Origin: Candidatus Pelagibacter sp. HTCC7211
GTDB lineage: Bacteria; Pseudomonadota; Alphaproteobacteria; Pelagibacterales; Pelagibacteraceae
Reading direction: 5' to 3'
Length of the DNA: 32,000 nt
Assembly: GCF_000155895.1 (NCBI RefSeq)
Contig: NZ_DS995298.1
Location: 60,001-92,000, forward strand
Made by a program: the position numbers and the translations under genes
Shown: piece by piece, positions 7,846 through 15,920 of the stretch
How the letters are laid out: each line of letters starts with the position of its first letter
How positions within the stretch are numbered: the first letter of the stretch is position 1
Notes under the pieces: generated by a model
Database searches by the model: none
Told to the model about the DNA's origin: nothing
Seen by the model: the letters and a program-made list of their open reading frames with translations, nothing else

Positions 7846-8576
7846 TAGGCTTTATATTCCATAATTTTTTTTAAGGCTAGATAATCTTCTTCAGTATCAA
7901 CTCCTATCGGTGATGATTTAGCTAAAGAAACATTTATTTCGATATTATTATCTAATGCTCTTAATTGTTCTAATCTATTTTTAATTTCATTTTGAGATTG
8001 TTCTAGTTTTACAAATTTTTCTAATGTTTCGGCTGAATAACAGTAAACTCCTATATGATGATAAATATTATTCTTTTTTGAGGAGTTTCTTAAAAAATTC
8101 TCAGCACTAGAAAAATCTTCATCTTTCAGATTTTTTTTAGTAATAACCTTTACTATATTTTCATTTTCTAAATCGTTGTCATTTTTTATATTAGCAGCAA
8201 GAGTTCCCATTTGACTTGGATAAACAGTCATTTTCTTATTTAAGCTGATAATATCATCAATGTTAATTGCTGGTTCGTCACCCTGTAAATTCATTATTAA
8301 ATCTACATCTCTGATATCTAATTTCTTAAATGCTTCATATATTCTGTCAGTACCAGTTTTATGATTATTGCTTGTAATTATAGCTTTACCCCCATTTTTA
8401 ATAACATCATCTACTATTTCCTGGTCTTCAGTAGCAACAACAACCTCTCCAATATTTGCCTCTTTGGCTTTTCTAAATACATGCGAGATGATGGATAGGC
8501 CATTAATTTTAAGCAAAGGTTTACCTGGTAGTCTAGTGGCTGATAATCTTGATGGAATAATTGTCAATGTTTTCAT
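7845..8576 (-). CDS. kdsB: 3-deoxy-manno-octulosonate cytidylyltransferase (CMP-KDO synthetase)
   Basis: 243 aa. IIPSRLSATRLPGKPL, GTDRIYEA, NLQGDEP and IGVYCY motifs. Its stop shares 1 nt with the pheA start. Confidence 0.92.
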   Translation of the reverse strand: MKTLTIIPSRLSATRLPGKPLLKINGLSIISHVFRKAKEANIGEVVVATEDQEIVDDVIKNGGKAIITSNNHKTGTDRIYEAFKKLDIRDVDLIMNLQGDEPAINIDDIISLNKKMTVYPSQMGTLAANIKNDNDLENENIVKVITKKNLKDEDFSSAENFLRNSSKKNNIYHHIGVYCYSAETLEKFVKLEQSQNEIKNRLEQLRALDNNIEINVSLAKSSPIGVDTEEDYLALKKIMEYKA

Positions 8577-8591
8577 TATATTTACAATTTA

Positions 8592-8644
8592 TTATACATT
8601 TTAAATAGTAATAGAGGCAAATTTATACATTAAAATTTAGTAAT
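8592..8644. repeat. Two copies of a ~21-nt direct repeat, TTATACATT-N5/6-TAGTAAT, 31 nt apart in the kdsB/cytochrome c divergent spacer
   Basis: Copy 1 is 8592..8612 (ttatacatt ttaaa tagtaat). Copy 2 is 8623..8644 (ttatacatt aaaatt tagtaat). 16 identical positions with a 1-nt indel. Confidence 0.6.
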
Positions 8645-8687
8645 TTTTTAATTTATCGTGATATACGTTCAAAAATAAAATTACAAA

Positions 8688-9227
8688 ATGGATTCATTTG
8701 AAATTAATAAAATAGTAGCAGCAGTTCTAATGGTTGCTCTTTTGGTGATTGGTATTGGAAAACTATCTAACTTAATATTTCATGTGGAAAAACCTAAAAC
8801 TCCAGGTTACACAGTTGAAGTAGAACAAGCAACGGCTGTATCATCATCTGCTAAAACAGCTGTTGAAGAAAAAATTGATATTGCTGCATTAATGGCAATG
8901 GGTGATGTCGCATCAGGTGAAAAAATTTTTAAAAAATGTGCTGCATGTCACTCAATAGTTAAGGGAGGAAAAAATAATATTGGTCCCGCTTTATATAATG
9001 TAGTTGGAAGAAAAACTGGCGCTGTTACAGATTATAAATATTCTAAAGCTTTAGCATCGTATGAAAAAGAATGGACTTTTGAAGAGTTAAACGGATATTT
9101 AATTAAGCCTGCCAAATGGATTAAGGGAACAAAAATGGCATTTGCTGGATTAAGAAAAGAAAAAGATAGAGCCTCAGTTATTAAATACTTAAATCAAAAT
9201 TCTGATAGTCCAGTATCACTACCTTAA
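8688..9227 (+). CDS. Membrane-anchored class I c-type cytochrome (CycM/c552-like)
   Basis: 179 aa. N-terminal TM helix (IVAAVLMVALLVIGIG), a single CAACH haem-binding site, a distal Met in GTKMAFAG, and the typical KYL ending. Confidence 0.88.
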   Translation: MDSFEINKIVAAVLMVALLVIGIGKLSNLIFHVEKPKTPGYTVEVEQATAVSSSAKTAVEEKIDIAALMAMGDVASGEKIFKKCAACHSIVKGGKNNIGPALYNVVGRKTGAVTDYKYSKALASYEKEWTFEELNGYLIKPAKWIKGTKMAFAGLRKEKDRASVIKYLNQNSDSPVSLP

Positions 9228-10148
9228 TTTCCCAAAACAATATAATAAGATACTCTTTTGAACGTGAACTCTATTAAGAGCTTGTTGCCAAACATGTGAT
9301 TTATTTCCTAAAAAAATTTCATCACTCACTTCAGATCCACGAGGTAAACAGTGCAAAAAAATACAATCTCTTTTCGCAAAACTCATCAATTTTTTATCTA
9401 TTCTAAATTTTTTAAATTGTTGAATTTTTTTCTTTTTATTAACTTTATCATTCAAAGATATAACTTTGTCTGAAAATATAACATCAGAGCCTTTAACTGC
9501 TTTTTTAGGATCATTGTAAATAAATATTTTTTTATTATTTTTTTTAACCCATGTCTTAACTTCTTTACCTGGTTCAAATTTTTTAGGACATCCTATGCTG
9601 AGTTTAAATGAAAATTTAACTGAAGCTGCTATCAAGCTATCTAGAACATTATTGGAGTCTCCAATCCAACAAATATTTAATTTTGAGATAGGTTTTTTTT
9701 TTATTTCTTCTACTGTAAATACGTCTGATAATACTTGGGTTGGATGTGAAGAAGGACTTAAACCATTAATTACTGGTATTGTTAAATGATTTTTGAAACT
9801 CTCAACTTTTTCATCACTATCAGTTCTCAACATGAAACCATCACCATAAGTTGAAAGTATTTTTGCAGTATCTGCTATGCTTTCTCCACCTTGTCCAAGA
9901 TGAAGTTCATTTGATCTAAGTGTTAATGTTCCACCACCAAGCTGCTTAATAGCCAAATAAAAGCTAATTCTTGTTCTCGAGCTCGCCTTTTCAAACATTT
10001 GGATAAGCATTTTACCCTTTAATGGAGCTCCTTTATCAACCTCTAAGGTATTTAAATTTTTTCTAAGTTTTTTTCTTTTTTTTGCATCAGTTATAATTTT
10101 TTTAAGATCTTTAGCTGGAATATCTTTTAAATTTATAAAATGTTTCAT
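9219..10148 (-). CDS. argF: Ornithine carbamoyltransferase
   Basis: 309 aa. Has SSRTRISF (STRTR), SHPTQ (HPxQ), GDSNNV and HCLP motifs, and sits directly downstream of argD. The DxxxSMG loop reads DKVISLN. Confidence 0.88.
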   Translation of the reverse strand: MKHFINLKDIPAKDLKKIITDAKKRKKLRKNLNTLEVDKGAPLKGKMLIQMFEKASSRTRISFYLAIKQLGGGTLTLRSNELHLGQGGESIADTAKILSTYGDGFMLRTDSDEKVESFKNHLTIPVINGLSPSSHPTQVLSDVFTVEEIKKKPISKLNICWIGDSNNVLDSLIAASVKFSFKLSIGCPKKFEPGKEVKTWVKKNNKKIFIYNDPKKAVKGSDVIFSDKVISLNDKVNKKKKIQQFKKFRIDKKLMSFAKRDCIFLHCLPRGSEVSDEIFLGNKSHVWQQALNRVHVQKSILLYCFGKLR

Positions 10149-10149
10149 T

Positions 10150-11316
10150 TTAATTCATTTCCCAACAAACTTTATTAATTATCTTTAAAGCTTGATTTAT
10201 TTCGCTTTTTTTTACATTTAATGGTGGCAAAACTCTAACTACATTTTCAGCAGCTCTAATAGTCAATAATCTATTGTCCATTAGTTTTTTTATAAATTTT
10301 GTTTGATCTGCTTTAAGTTGTATTCCAATTAATAAACCTTTACCTCTGATCTCATTTATAACGTTAGGATACTTTTCCTTGATAAAATTAAGATTAAGTA
10401 AAAAATATTTTGAAATTTTTTTTACGTTGTCTAAAAACTTTTTGTTATGAATAATATCTAGCACTGTATTACCAACAGACATAGCAAGTGGGTTTCCTCC
10501 AAAAGTAGAACCATGGGTTCCTCCAATCATTCCTGAAGCAACCTTTTTATTCATTAAAACAGCACCTATTGGAAATCCACCTCCAATTCCTTTTGCAATT
10601 GGTACAATATCTGGTTTTACTTTAGATTTTTCAAAAGCAAAAAAATCACCTGATCTTCCTATTCCACATTGAACTTCATCTAAAATTAACAATATATTTT
10701 TTTTGTCACAAATTTTTCTTAACTCTATTAAACACCAATCAGGTACTACTTTTATGCCGCCCTCTCCCATTATTGTCTCTATCATTATGGCTGCTGTATT
10801 TTTTGAAATCTTTTTTTTTAAAGAGGAATGATTGCCAAATTCAAAATGATCAAAGCCACTTACCTTTGGTCCAAAACCTTCAGTCATTTTTTTTGAACCA
10901 CTTGCATAAATTGCTGCTATGGTTCTTCCATGAAAACTATTTTTAACACATAAAATTCTATTTTTTTTAGGTTTACCAATTGAGTAAAAATATCTTCTTG
11001 CAACTTTTATTGCTGCCTCTGTCGCTTCTGCACCACTATTTTGAAACATTACATAATCAGCAAAAGTTTTTTTAGCTAATTTTTTTGCTAATAATTCCCC
11101 TTCTGGAATTTGAAATGCATTTGAAACATGCCAAAGTTTTTTTGATTGTTTGTGAACAGTATTTATTAATTTTGGATGTGCGTGACCTAAGGAATTTACA
11201 GCTATGCCTTGAACAAAATCTAGATATTTTTTTCCATCAGTTGAATATAGAAAGCTTCCCTTGCCATATTTAAATGAAATTTTTTTTCTATTATAATTTT
11301 TTGCTAAATAGCTCAT
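10150..11316 (-). CDS. argD: Acetylornithine aminotransferase (class III PLP aminotransferase)
   Basis: 388 aa. FQNSGAEATEAAIK, LILDEVQCGIGRSG, the PLP-lysine context DIVPIAKGIGGGFPIG, and THGSTFGGNPLA. Confidence 0.9.
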   Translation of the reverse strand: MSYLAKNYNRKKISFKYGKGSFLYSTDGKKYLDFVQGIAVNSLGHAHPKLINTVHKQSKKLWHVSNAFQIPEGELLAKKLAKKTFADYVMFQNSGAEATEAAIKVARRYFYSIGKPKKNRILCVKNSFHGRTIAAIYASGSKKMTEGFGPKVSGFDHFEFGNHSSLKKKISKNTAAIMIETIMGEGGIKVVPDWCLIELRKICDKKNILLILDEVQCGIGRSGDFFAFEKSKVKPDIVPIAKGIGGGFPIGAVLMNKKVASGMIGGTHGSTFGGNPLAMSVGNTVLDIIHNKKFLDNVKKISKYFLLNLNFIKEKYPNVINEIRGKGLLIGIQLKADQTKFIKKLMDNRLLTIRAAENVVRVLPPLNVKKSEINQALKIINKVCWEMN

Positions 11317-11487
11317 AATTTTAATCAGTTTTTATAAATTTTAATTATTAGATACAAGTTATGATTGAAAATACATTTAATCTAATTTGAAGTAATTTTT
11401 GTTGATAACTTTGAGATTTTGCTTGTTTATTTTTTCAATGTATCAGTATATTGTATTACTTATAAACATTAATACAACATATAGATA

Positions 11488-11982
11488 ATGAGCTGGAACG
11501 AGGAAAAAGTTAATAAATTAAAAGAACTTTGGGGTAAAGGAAATACTGCAAGCCAAATTGCCGAAATTATTGGTGGTATTAGTAGAAATGCAGTTATCGG
11601 AAAAGCTCATAGATTGAATTTGTCTGCTAAAATTAAAACCAGAACAGCTACATCAAATCAAAATTTTGAAAATTCACAAGAACAGAAAGATATCAAATCT
11701 AGAAGAGGAAGAAAAAGTAAATTTAAATCTTTGATTATTGAAAAAGATTTTGAGCCTGAAAATCCAAAGCAATTAGAGGAACTTGATGAAAGCTCATGCA
11801 AATGGCCCATAGGTCATCCAGATGAGAAAGGTTTTTATTTTTGTGGAAGGTCTTCTTTAAAAGACTTTTCTTATTGTAAGCTTCATCTTCTGTACGCTTA
11901 TCAACCTAAAGGTAAAAAAGAAGAAATTTCAGATAAAGAAGATGTTCCTGATTTTATTGAGAAAAAGATTCAGTCAGCTTAA
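11488..11982 (+). CDS. gcrA: Cell-cycle transcriptional regulator GcrA
   Basis: 164 aa. N-terminal MSWNEEKVNKLKELWGKGNTASQIAEIIGGISRNAVIGKAHRLNL and C-terminal CKWPIGHPDEKGFYFCG...YCKLHLLYAYQP are the two conserved GcrA blocks. Confidence 0.92.
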   Translation: MSWNEEKVNKLKELWGKGNTASQIAEIIGGISRNAVIGKAHRLNLSAKIKTRTATSNQNFENSQEQKDIKSRRGRKSKFKSLIIEKDFEPENPKQLEELDESSCKWPIGHPDEKGFYFCGRSSLKDFSYCKLHLLYAYQPKGKKEEISDKEDVPDFIEKKIQSA

Positions 11983-11988
11983 AATAAT

Positions 11989-12975
11989 TTAGTTAATTTT
12001 ATTTTCTAAATCTTTTGAAGTATATTTTTCAGTCGAAAACTGTCCACCTTCTCTCCACATATAACAATATTTTTTTACCTCTTCTTCAAAATATCTAACA
12101 CTAGGAATTCCAATTTCTGAGTTAGTTTTATATTTCCCAGATGATATATTATCATATTTTAATAATCTTAGCTGATCGCTGGTAAGTAAAGGGTTAGGTA
12201 ACAACTCAAAAAATCTGGCTGAAAATTTTGCTAAAGGCAAAGGGAAAGGTACTAAAATTCTTTTTTTATTAATCAAATATAATAATTTTTGTAATAATTC
12301 CTTAAAAGATATTATCTCAGGTCCTGTGCATTCAATTATTTTTGAATAAATATTTTTAGAAATAATATGATTTATTGTATCAGTCAAATCTGAACAATGA
12401 ATTGGAGCAAATTTAGTCTTTCCTTCATAGTAAAGTGGAAATATTGGTAATCTATTTAAAAGTGTCATGAAATTAGTTGTAAAATTATCATCCACTGAAT
12501 AGACAATTGATGGTCTTAAAATTGTTGCTAAAGGAAAGTTTTTTAAAACATTATTTTCACCCTCTAATTTGCTTTTAGCATATTCAGAGTCAACAGCATC
12601 ATTAATTCCTAGTGCTGATAAATGAATAAAATGTTTTAAATTATATTCTTTACAAAGTTTAGCTAATAAAGATGGAAAAATAGAATGAATGTTTTTGAAT
12701 GTGTTTCCTTTTTTTTGTTCAAATAATATTCCAATTAAATTAATGCAAATATCTGTTTTCTTAAAAAGAGCTCTAATTTTTTTTTCATCAAATATATTAG
12801 CCTCTACAATATCAATATAACCAGCATTTGCTTGGGTTTTGATAATGTAGCTTTTTTGATGAATATTTCTTGTTACAACAGTTACTCTATAATTATTTTT
12901 AGTTAATTTTCGGATCAAGTTTCGACCAATCTGGCCACTACCCCCAAAAATTAGACAATGCTTTGAATTCGTCAT
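11989..12975 (-). CDS. NAD(P)-binding atypical SDR, NDUFA9 (complex I 39-kDa subunit)-like
   Basis: 328 aa. Rossmann GGSGQIGRN, then INLIGILFE, FIHLSALG, YAKSKLEGE (YxxxK) and ATILRPSIVYS..DNF. This pattern resembles alphaproteobacterial NDUFA9 homologues. The family call is from memory. Confidence 0.65.
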   Translation of the reverse strand: MTNSKHCLIFGGSGQIGRNLIRKLTKNNYRVTVVTRNIHQKSYIIKTQANAGYIDIVEANIFDEKKIRALFKKTDICINLIGILFEQKKGNTFKNIHSIFPSLLAKLCKEYNLKHFIHLSALGINDAVDSEYAKSKLEGENNVLKNFPLATILRPSIVYSVDDNFTTNFMTLLNRLPIFPLYYEGKTKFAPIHCSDLTDTINHIISKNIYSKIIECTGPEIISFKELLQKLLYLINKKRILVPFPLPLAKFSARFFELLPNPLLTSDQLRLLKYDNISSGKYKTNSEIGIPSVRYFEEEVKKYCYMWREGGQFSTEKYTSKDLENKIN

Positions 12976-12989
12976 ATATATATTTAAAA

Positions 12990-13601
12990 ATGAGTAATAA
13001 TATTAAATTACACCAAAAGGATTTACCAGAAGATTTAGATTTAGGCAATGTGTTAGCAGTTGATGGTGAGTTCATGGGTCTTAATGTGAGAAGAGACCCT
13101 CTTTGTTTAATACAATTATCCACGGGAAATTCAGATGCTCATATTGTCCAGCTTGATAGAAAAAGCTATGAAGCCCCAAATTTAATAAAAATACTCAAAG
13201 ATGAAACTATTACAAAAATATTTCATTATGGAAGAGCAGATATGGCTCATATTAAGTATTATTTAAAAACTGAAACAAATAATATTCTAGATACCAAAAT
13301 TGCCTCTAAATTAGCTAGATCTTATTCTGATAATCATTCTCTAAAAACTTTAATTAAAGAATTTGCAAATGTTGATATAAGTAAACAATTTCAAAGTTCT
13401 GATTTTGGAGGCACACTAACACCAGCACAACTAAAATATTGTGCAAATGATGTTATTTATTTGCATCAAATTCATGATGAACTCTTCAAAATACTCGAAA
13501 GAGAAAATAGGATAAAACTTTATAAGGATTGTTTAAGTTTTTTAAAAACTAGAGTTGATCTTGATCTAGCTTTATTCAAAGATGATATTTGGTCACATTA
13601 A
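12990..13601 (+). CDS. Short RNase D-like DEDDy 3'-5' exonuclease
   Basis: 203 aa from the ATG at 12990 (MSNNIKLHQKDLP...). DEDD motifs are AVDGEF, HYGRADMAHI and YCANDVIYLH. The listed start at 12963 would overlap the divergent neighbour. Confidence 0.8.
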   Translation: MSNNIKLHQKDLPEDLDLGNVLAVDGEFMGLNVRRDPLCLIQLSTGNSDAHIVQLDRKSYEAPNLIKILKDETITKIFHYGRADMAHIKYYLKTETNNILDTKIASKLARSYSDNHSLKTLIKEFANVDISKQFQSSDFGGTLTPAQLKYCANDVIYLHQIHDELFKILERENRIKLYKDCLSFLKTRVDLDLALFKDDIWSH

Positions 13602-14569
13602 TGAACAAAAAAAAATTTACAAAAATTGCTAAAGACGTAATTGAATTAGAAATAAAAAGTTTACAAAAATTAAAAAAAAAAATAGATAATTCATTTAATA
13701 AAGCTGTAGTTGAAATAGCAAAATGTCAGTCTAAAGTAATTGTATGTGGGGTTGGTAAAAGTGGATTAATAGCATCTAAGATAGCGGCAACACTTTCTTC
13801 AGTAGGAACTCCTGCATTTAAGTTATCAGCAAGCGACTCATCTCATGGCGATTTGGGGTCTATTCAAAAAAAAGATGTATTAATATTGTTAAGCTATTCT
13901 GGACAAACTAATGAACTTAAAAACATTATCCAGTATGCTAATAGAAATAAGGTATTATTGATTGGAATAATGTCAAAAAAAGATTCTATTTTGTATAAAG
14001 CTGCGGACATAAAATTGTTAATTCCACAGGTGATAGAATCGGGAGGTATAGTTCCTACATCAAGTACTACTGTTCAGCTTGCTCTAGGAGATGCTCTCGC
14101 TATAGCTGCTATGCAGTATAAAAATTTTGGAAAATTAGATTTTAAAAAAATTCATCCTGCTGGTAATTTGGGATTGAAACTTAAAACTGTTGAAGATCTA
14201 ATGGTTACTGGACCTCAAATTCCATTTGTTCAAGATAATATAAATATGAAAAAGGCCTTAGAAATATTAACCAAAAAGAAGTTAGGATTTTTAATTATTC
14301 AAGACAAGAATAAAAAAACAATTGGTATTATCACTGACGGTCAAATTAGAAGATTTAAATCTAAAAAAAATAATTTTCATTCATTAAAAGTAAAAAATGT
14401 GATGACAAAAAATCCCATAGGTGTTGATAAAGATATGTTGGCTGCTAAAGCATTGGCTCTAATGAATCATAAAAAGATTACTTCCTTAAGTGTTTTTAGT
14501 AAAAAAAATAAGTCTAAGACAATTGGAGTAATTCACATACATAATATTCTTGCCTCTAATATTGTGTAG
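13601..14569 (+). CDS. kdsD: Arabinose-5-phosphate isomerase (SIS domain plus two CBS domains)
   Basis: GVGKSGLIASKIAATLSSVGTPAF...SHGDLG SIS core with tandem CBS repeats. The ATG at 13601 overlaps the upstream stop (TAATG). An alternative start lies at 13589. Confidence 0.9.
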   Translation: MNKKKFTKIAKDVIELEIKSLQKLKKKIDNSFNKAVVEIAKCQSKVIVCGVGKSGLIASKIAATLSSVGTPAFKLSASDSSHGDLGSIQKKDVLILLSYSGQTNELKNIIQYANRNKVLLIGIMSKKDSILYKAADIKLLIPQVIESGGIVPTSSTTVQLALGDALAIAAMQYKNFGKLDFKKIHPAGNLGLKLKTVEDLMVTGPQIPFVQDNINMKKALEILTKKKLGFLIIQDKNKKTIGIITDGQIRRFKSKKNNFHSLKVKNVMTKNPIGVDKDMLAAKALALMNHKKITSLSVFSKKNKSKTIGVIHIHNILASNIV

Positions 14570-15136
14570 ATGAAAAAAAAAAATATTATATTTTTTTTAA
14601 TTATATTTTTACTAATTTTTTCTTTAATTATATTTCTTAAATACTCAAAAGAGGAGAGTGTTACTAAAATAGAAGAAGAGGTTTTAGAAGAACCCTATAA
14701 ATCAAATATAATGGAAGACGTTAGTTATTCATCTAAAGATGCTAAAGGAAATGAATACATTGTAAATGCATCTCAAGGTGAAATAGATTTTGATAAACCA
14801 AACATAATATATCTTACAAATGTAAGAGCATTCATTAAGTTAACAAATTCAAATAATGTCACAATAACTTCAGATTTTGGAAAATATAATACTAATAATT
14901 TTGACACTATTTTCACAAAGAATGTCGAGATTAAATATTTGGATAATAAAATTACCGGTGAATATCTTGACTTTTCTATAGGAAGGAATTCAATGATTAT
15001 TTCAAAAAAAGTGGTCTATACAAATATTGAAAATATTCTAAAAGCGGATGTTGTTGAAATTAATGTTACTACTAAAGACACAAAAATATTTATGTATAAA
15101 GATAATAAAAAAGTGAATATAAAAAGCAAAGATTAA
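14570..15136 (+). CDS. lptC: LptC-like LPS export protein (membrane-anchored OstA-fold)
   Basis: 188 aa. Uncleaved N-terminal TM anchor (IIFFLIIFLLIFSLIIFL) followed by a beta-rich periplasmic region. Its position directly upstream of lptB and downstream of kdsD matches lptC. The sequence alone is weakly diagnostic. Confidence 0.65.
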   Translation: MKKKNIIFFLIIFLLIFSLIIFLKYSKEESVTKIEEEVLEEPYKSNIMEDVSYSSKDAKGNEYIVNASQGEIDFDKPNIIYLTNVRAFIKLTNSNNVTITSDFGKYNTNNFDTIFTKNVEIKYLDNKITGEYLDFSIGRNSMIISKKVVYTNIENILKADVVEINVTTKDTKIFMYKDNKKVNIKSKD

Positions 15137-15137
15137 A

Positions 15138-15914
15138 ATGGCTCTTATCAAAAAATTTAGAATTAAATCATTTAAAAAAACAAATTCAGTAATCGAATTT
15201 GATAATGTTTCATTGGCTTATGGAAATAGATTAATTTTAGATAACATAAATTTTAAAATTAACGAGGGTCAAATTTTTGGAATGCTCGGACCAAATGGTG
15301 TGGGAAAATCTACAATATTTAATCTTATAACAGGATTAATTAGTCCTAAAAGTGGAATAATTAAGATTAATGGAGAAGATGTAACTCAATATCCAATATA
15401 TCTAAGAAGTAAAAAATTTAAAGTTGGTTATGTTCCTCAGTATGGAGGCTTTTTTAATGAGCTTACTCTTCAAGACAATCTTAGAGCCATAAGTGAAATT
15501 GTAATTGATGATAAAAATTTTAGAAACGATAAAATTAATTATTTAATTTCAAAGTTTGAACTTGATAACCTCAAAGATATAAAAGCTAAATTTTTATCTG
15601 GAGGTCAAAAAAAAAAATTAGTAATTGCTTTATCGCTTCTAAGTGACCCAAAGGTACTTCTTTTAGATGAATGTTTTGCAGCGCTAGATGTTTTAACTAT
15701 TAAAATGTTACAAGAAACTATAGTTAATTTACAACAAGAAAATACAATTACAATTTGCATATGTGATCACCAAGCAAGAGATTTACTTGCATGTGTTGAT
15801 GTTGCAATGATCTTGAATAATGGAAAAGTTATAGCTCAGGACACCCCTTCAGAATTAGTTAATAATATTAATGCTAAAAATGCTTATTTTGGTGAGAGCT
15901 TTAGTTTTAAATAG
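15138..15914 (+). CDS. lptB: LPS export ABC transporter ATP-binding protein LptB
   Basis: 258 aa. Walker A GPNGVGKST, signature LSGGQKKK, Walker B LLLDE, H-loop CDHQARD, and lpt-cluster context. Confidence 0.88.
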   Translation: MALIKKFRIKSFKKTNSVIEFDNVSLAYGNRLILDNINFKINEGQIFGMLGPNGVGKSTIFNLITGLISPKSGIIKINGEDVTQYPIYLRSKKFKVGYVPQYGGFFNELTLQDNLRAISEIVIDDKNFRNDKINYLISKFELDNLKDIKAKFLSGGQKKKLVIALSLLSDPKVLLLDECFAALDVLTIKMLQETIVNLQQENTITICICDHQARDLLACVDVAMILNNGKVIAQDTPSELVNNINAKNAYFGESFSFK

Positions 15915-15920
15915 GTATTA

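Noticed and set aside
11377-11391. Possible CtrA box (TTAA-N7-TTAA) upstream of gcrA
   Set aside because: Only one half-site is exact (TTAATCTAATTTGAA). No second TTAA lies at the correct spacing anywhere in the spacer, and TTAA words are expected frequently in this AT-rich DNA.
12938-13123. 61-aa minus-strand ORF, and the long start (12963) of the RNase D-like gene
   Set aside because: The 61-aa ORF is antisense to the exonuclease gene. The 12963 start would make two divergent genes overlap at their 5' ends, whereas MSNNIKLHQKDLP at 12990 matches the usual N-terminus of short RNase D-like proteins.
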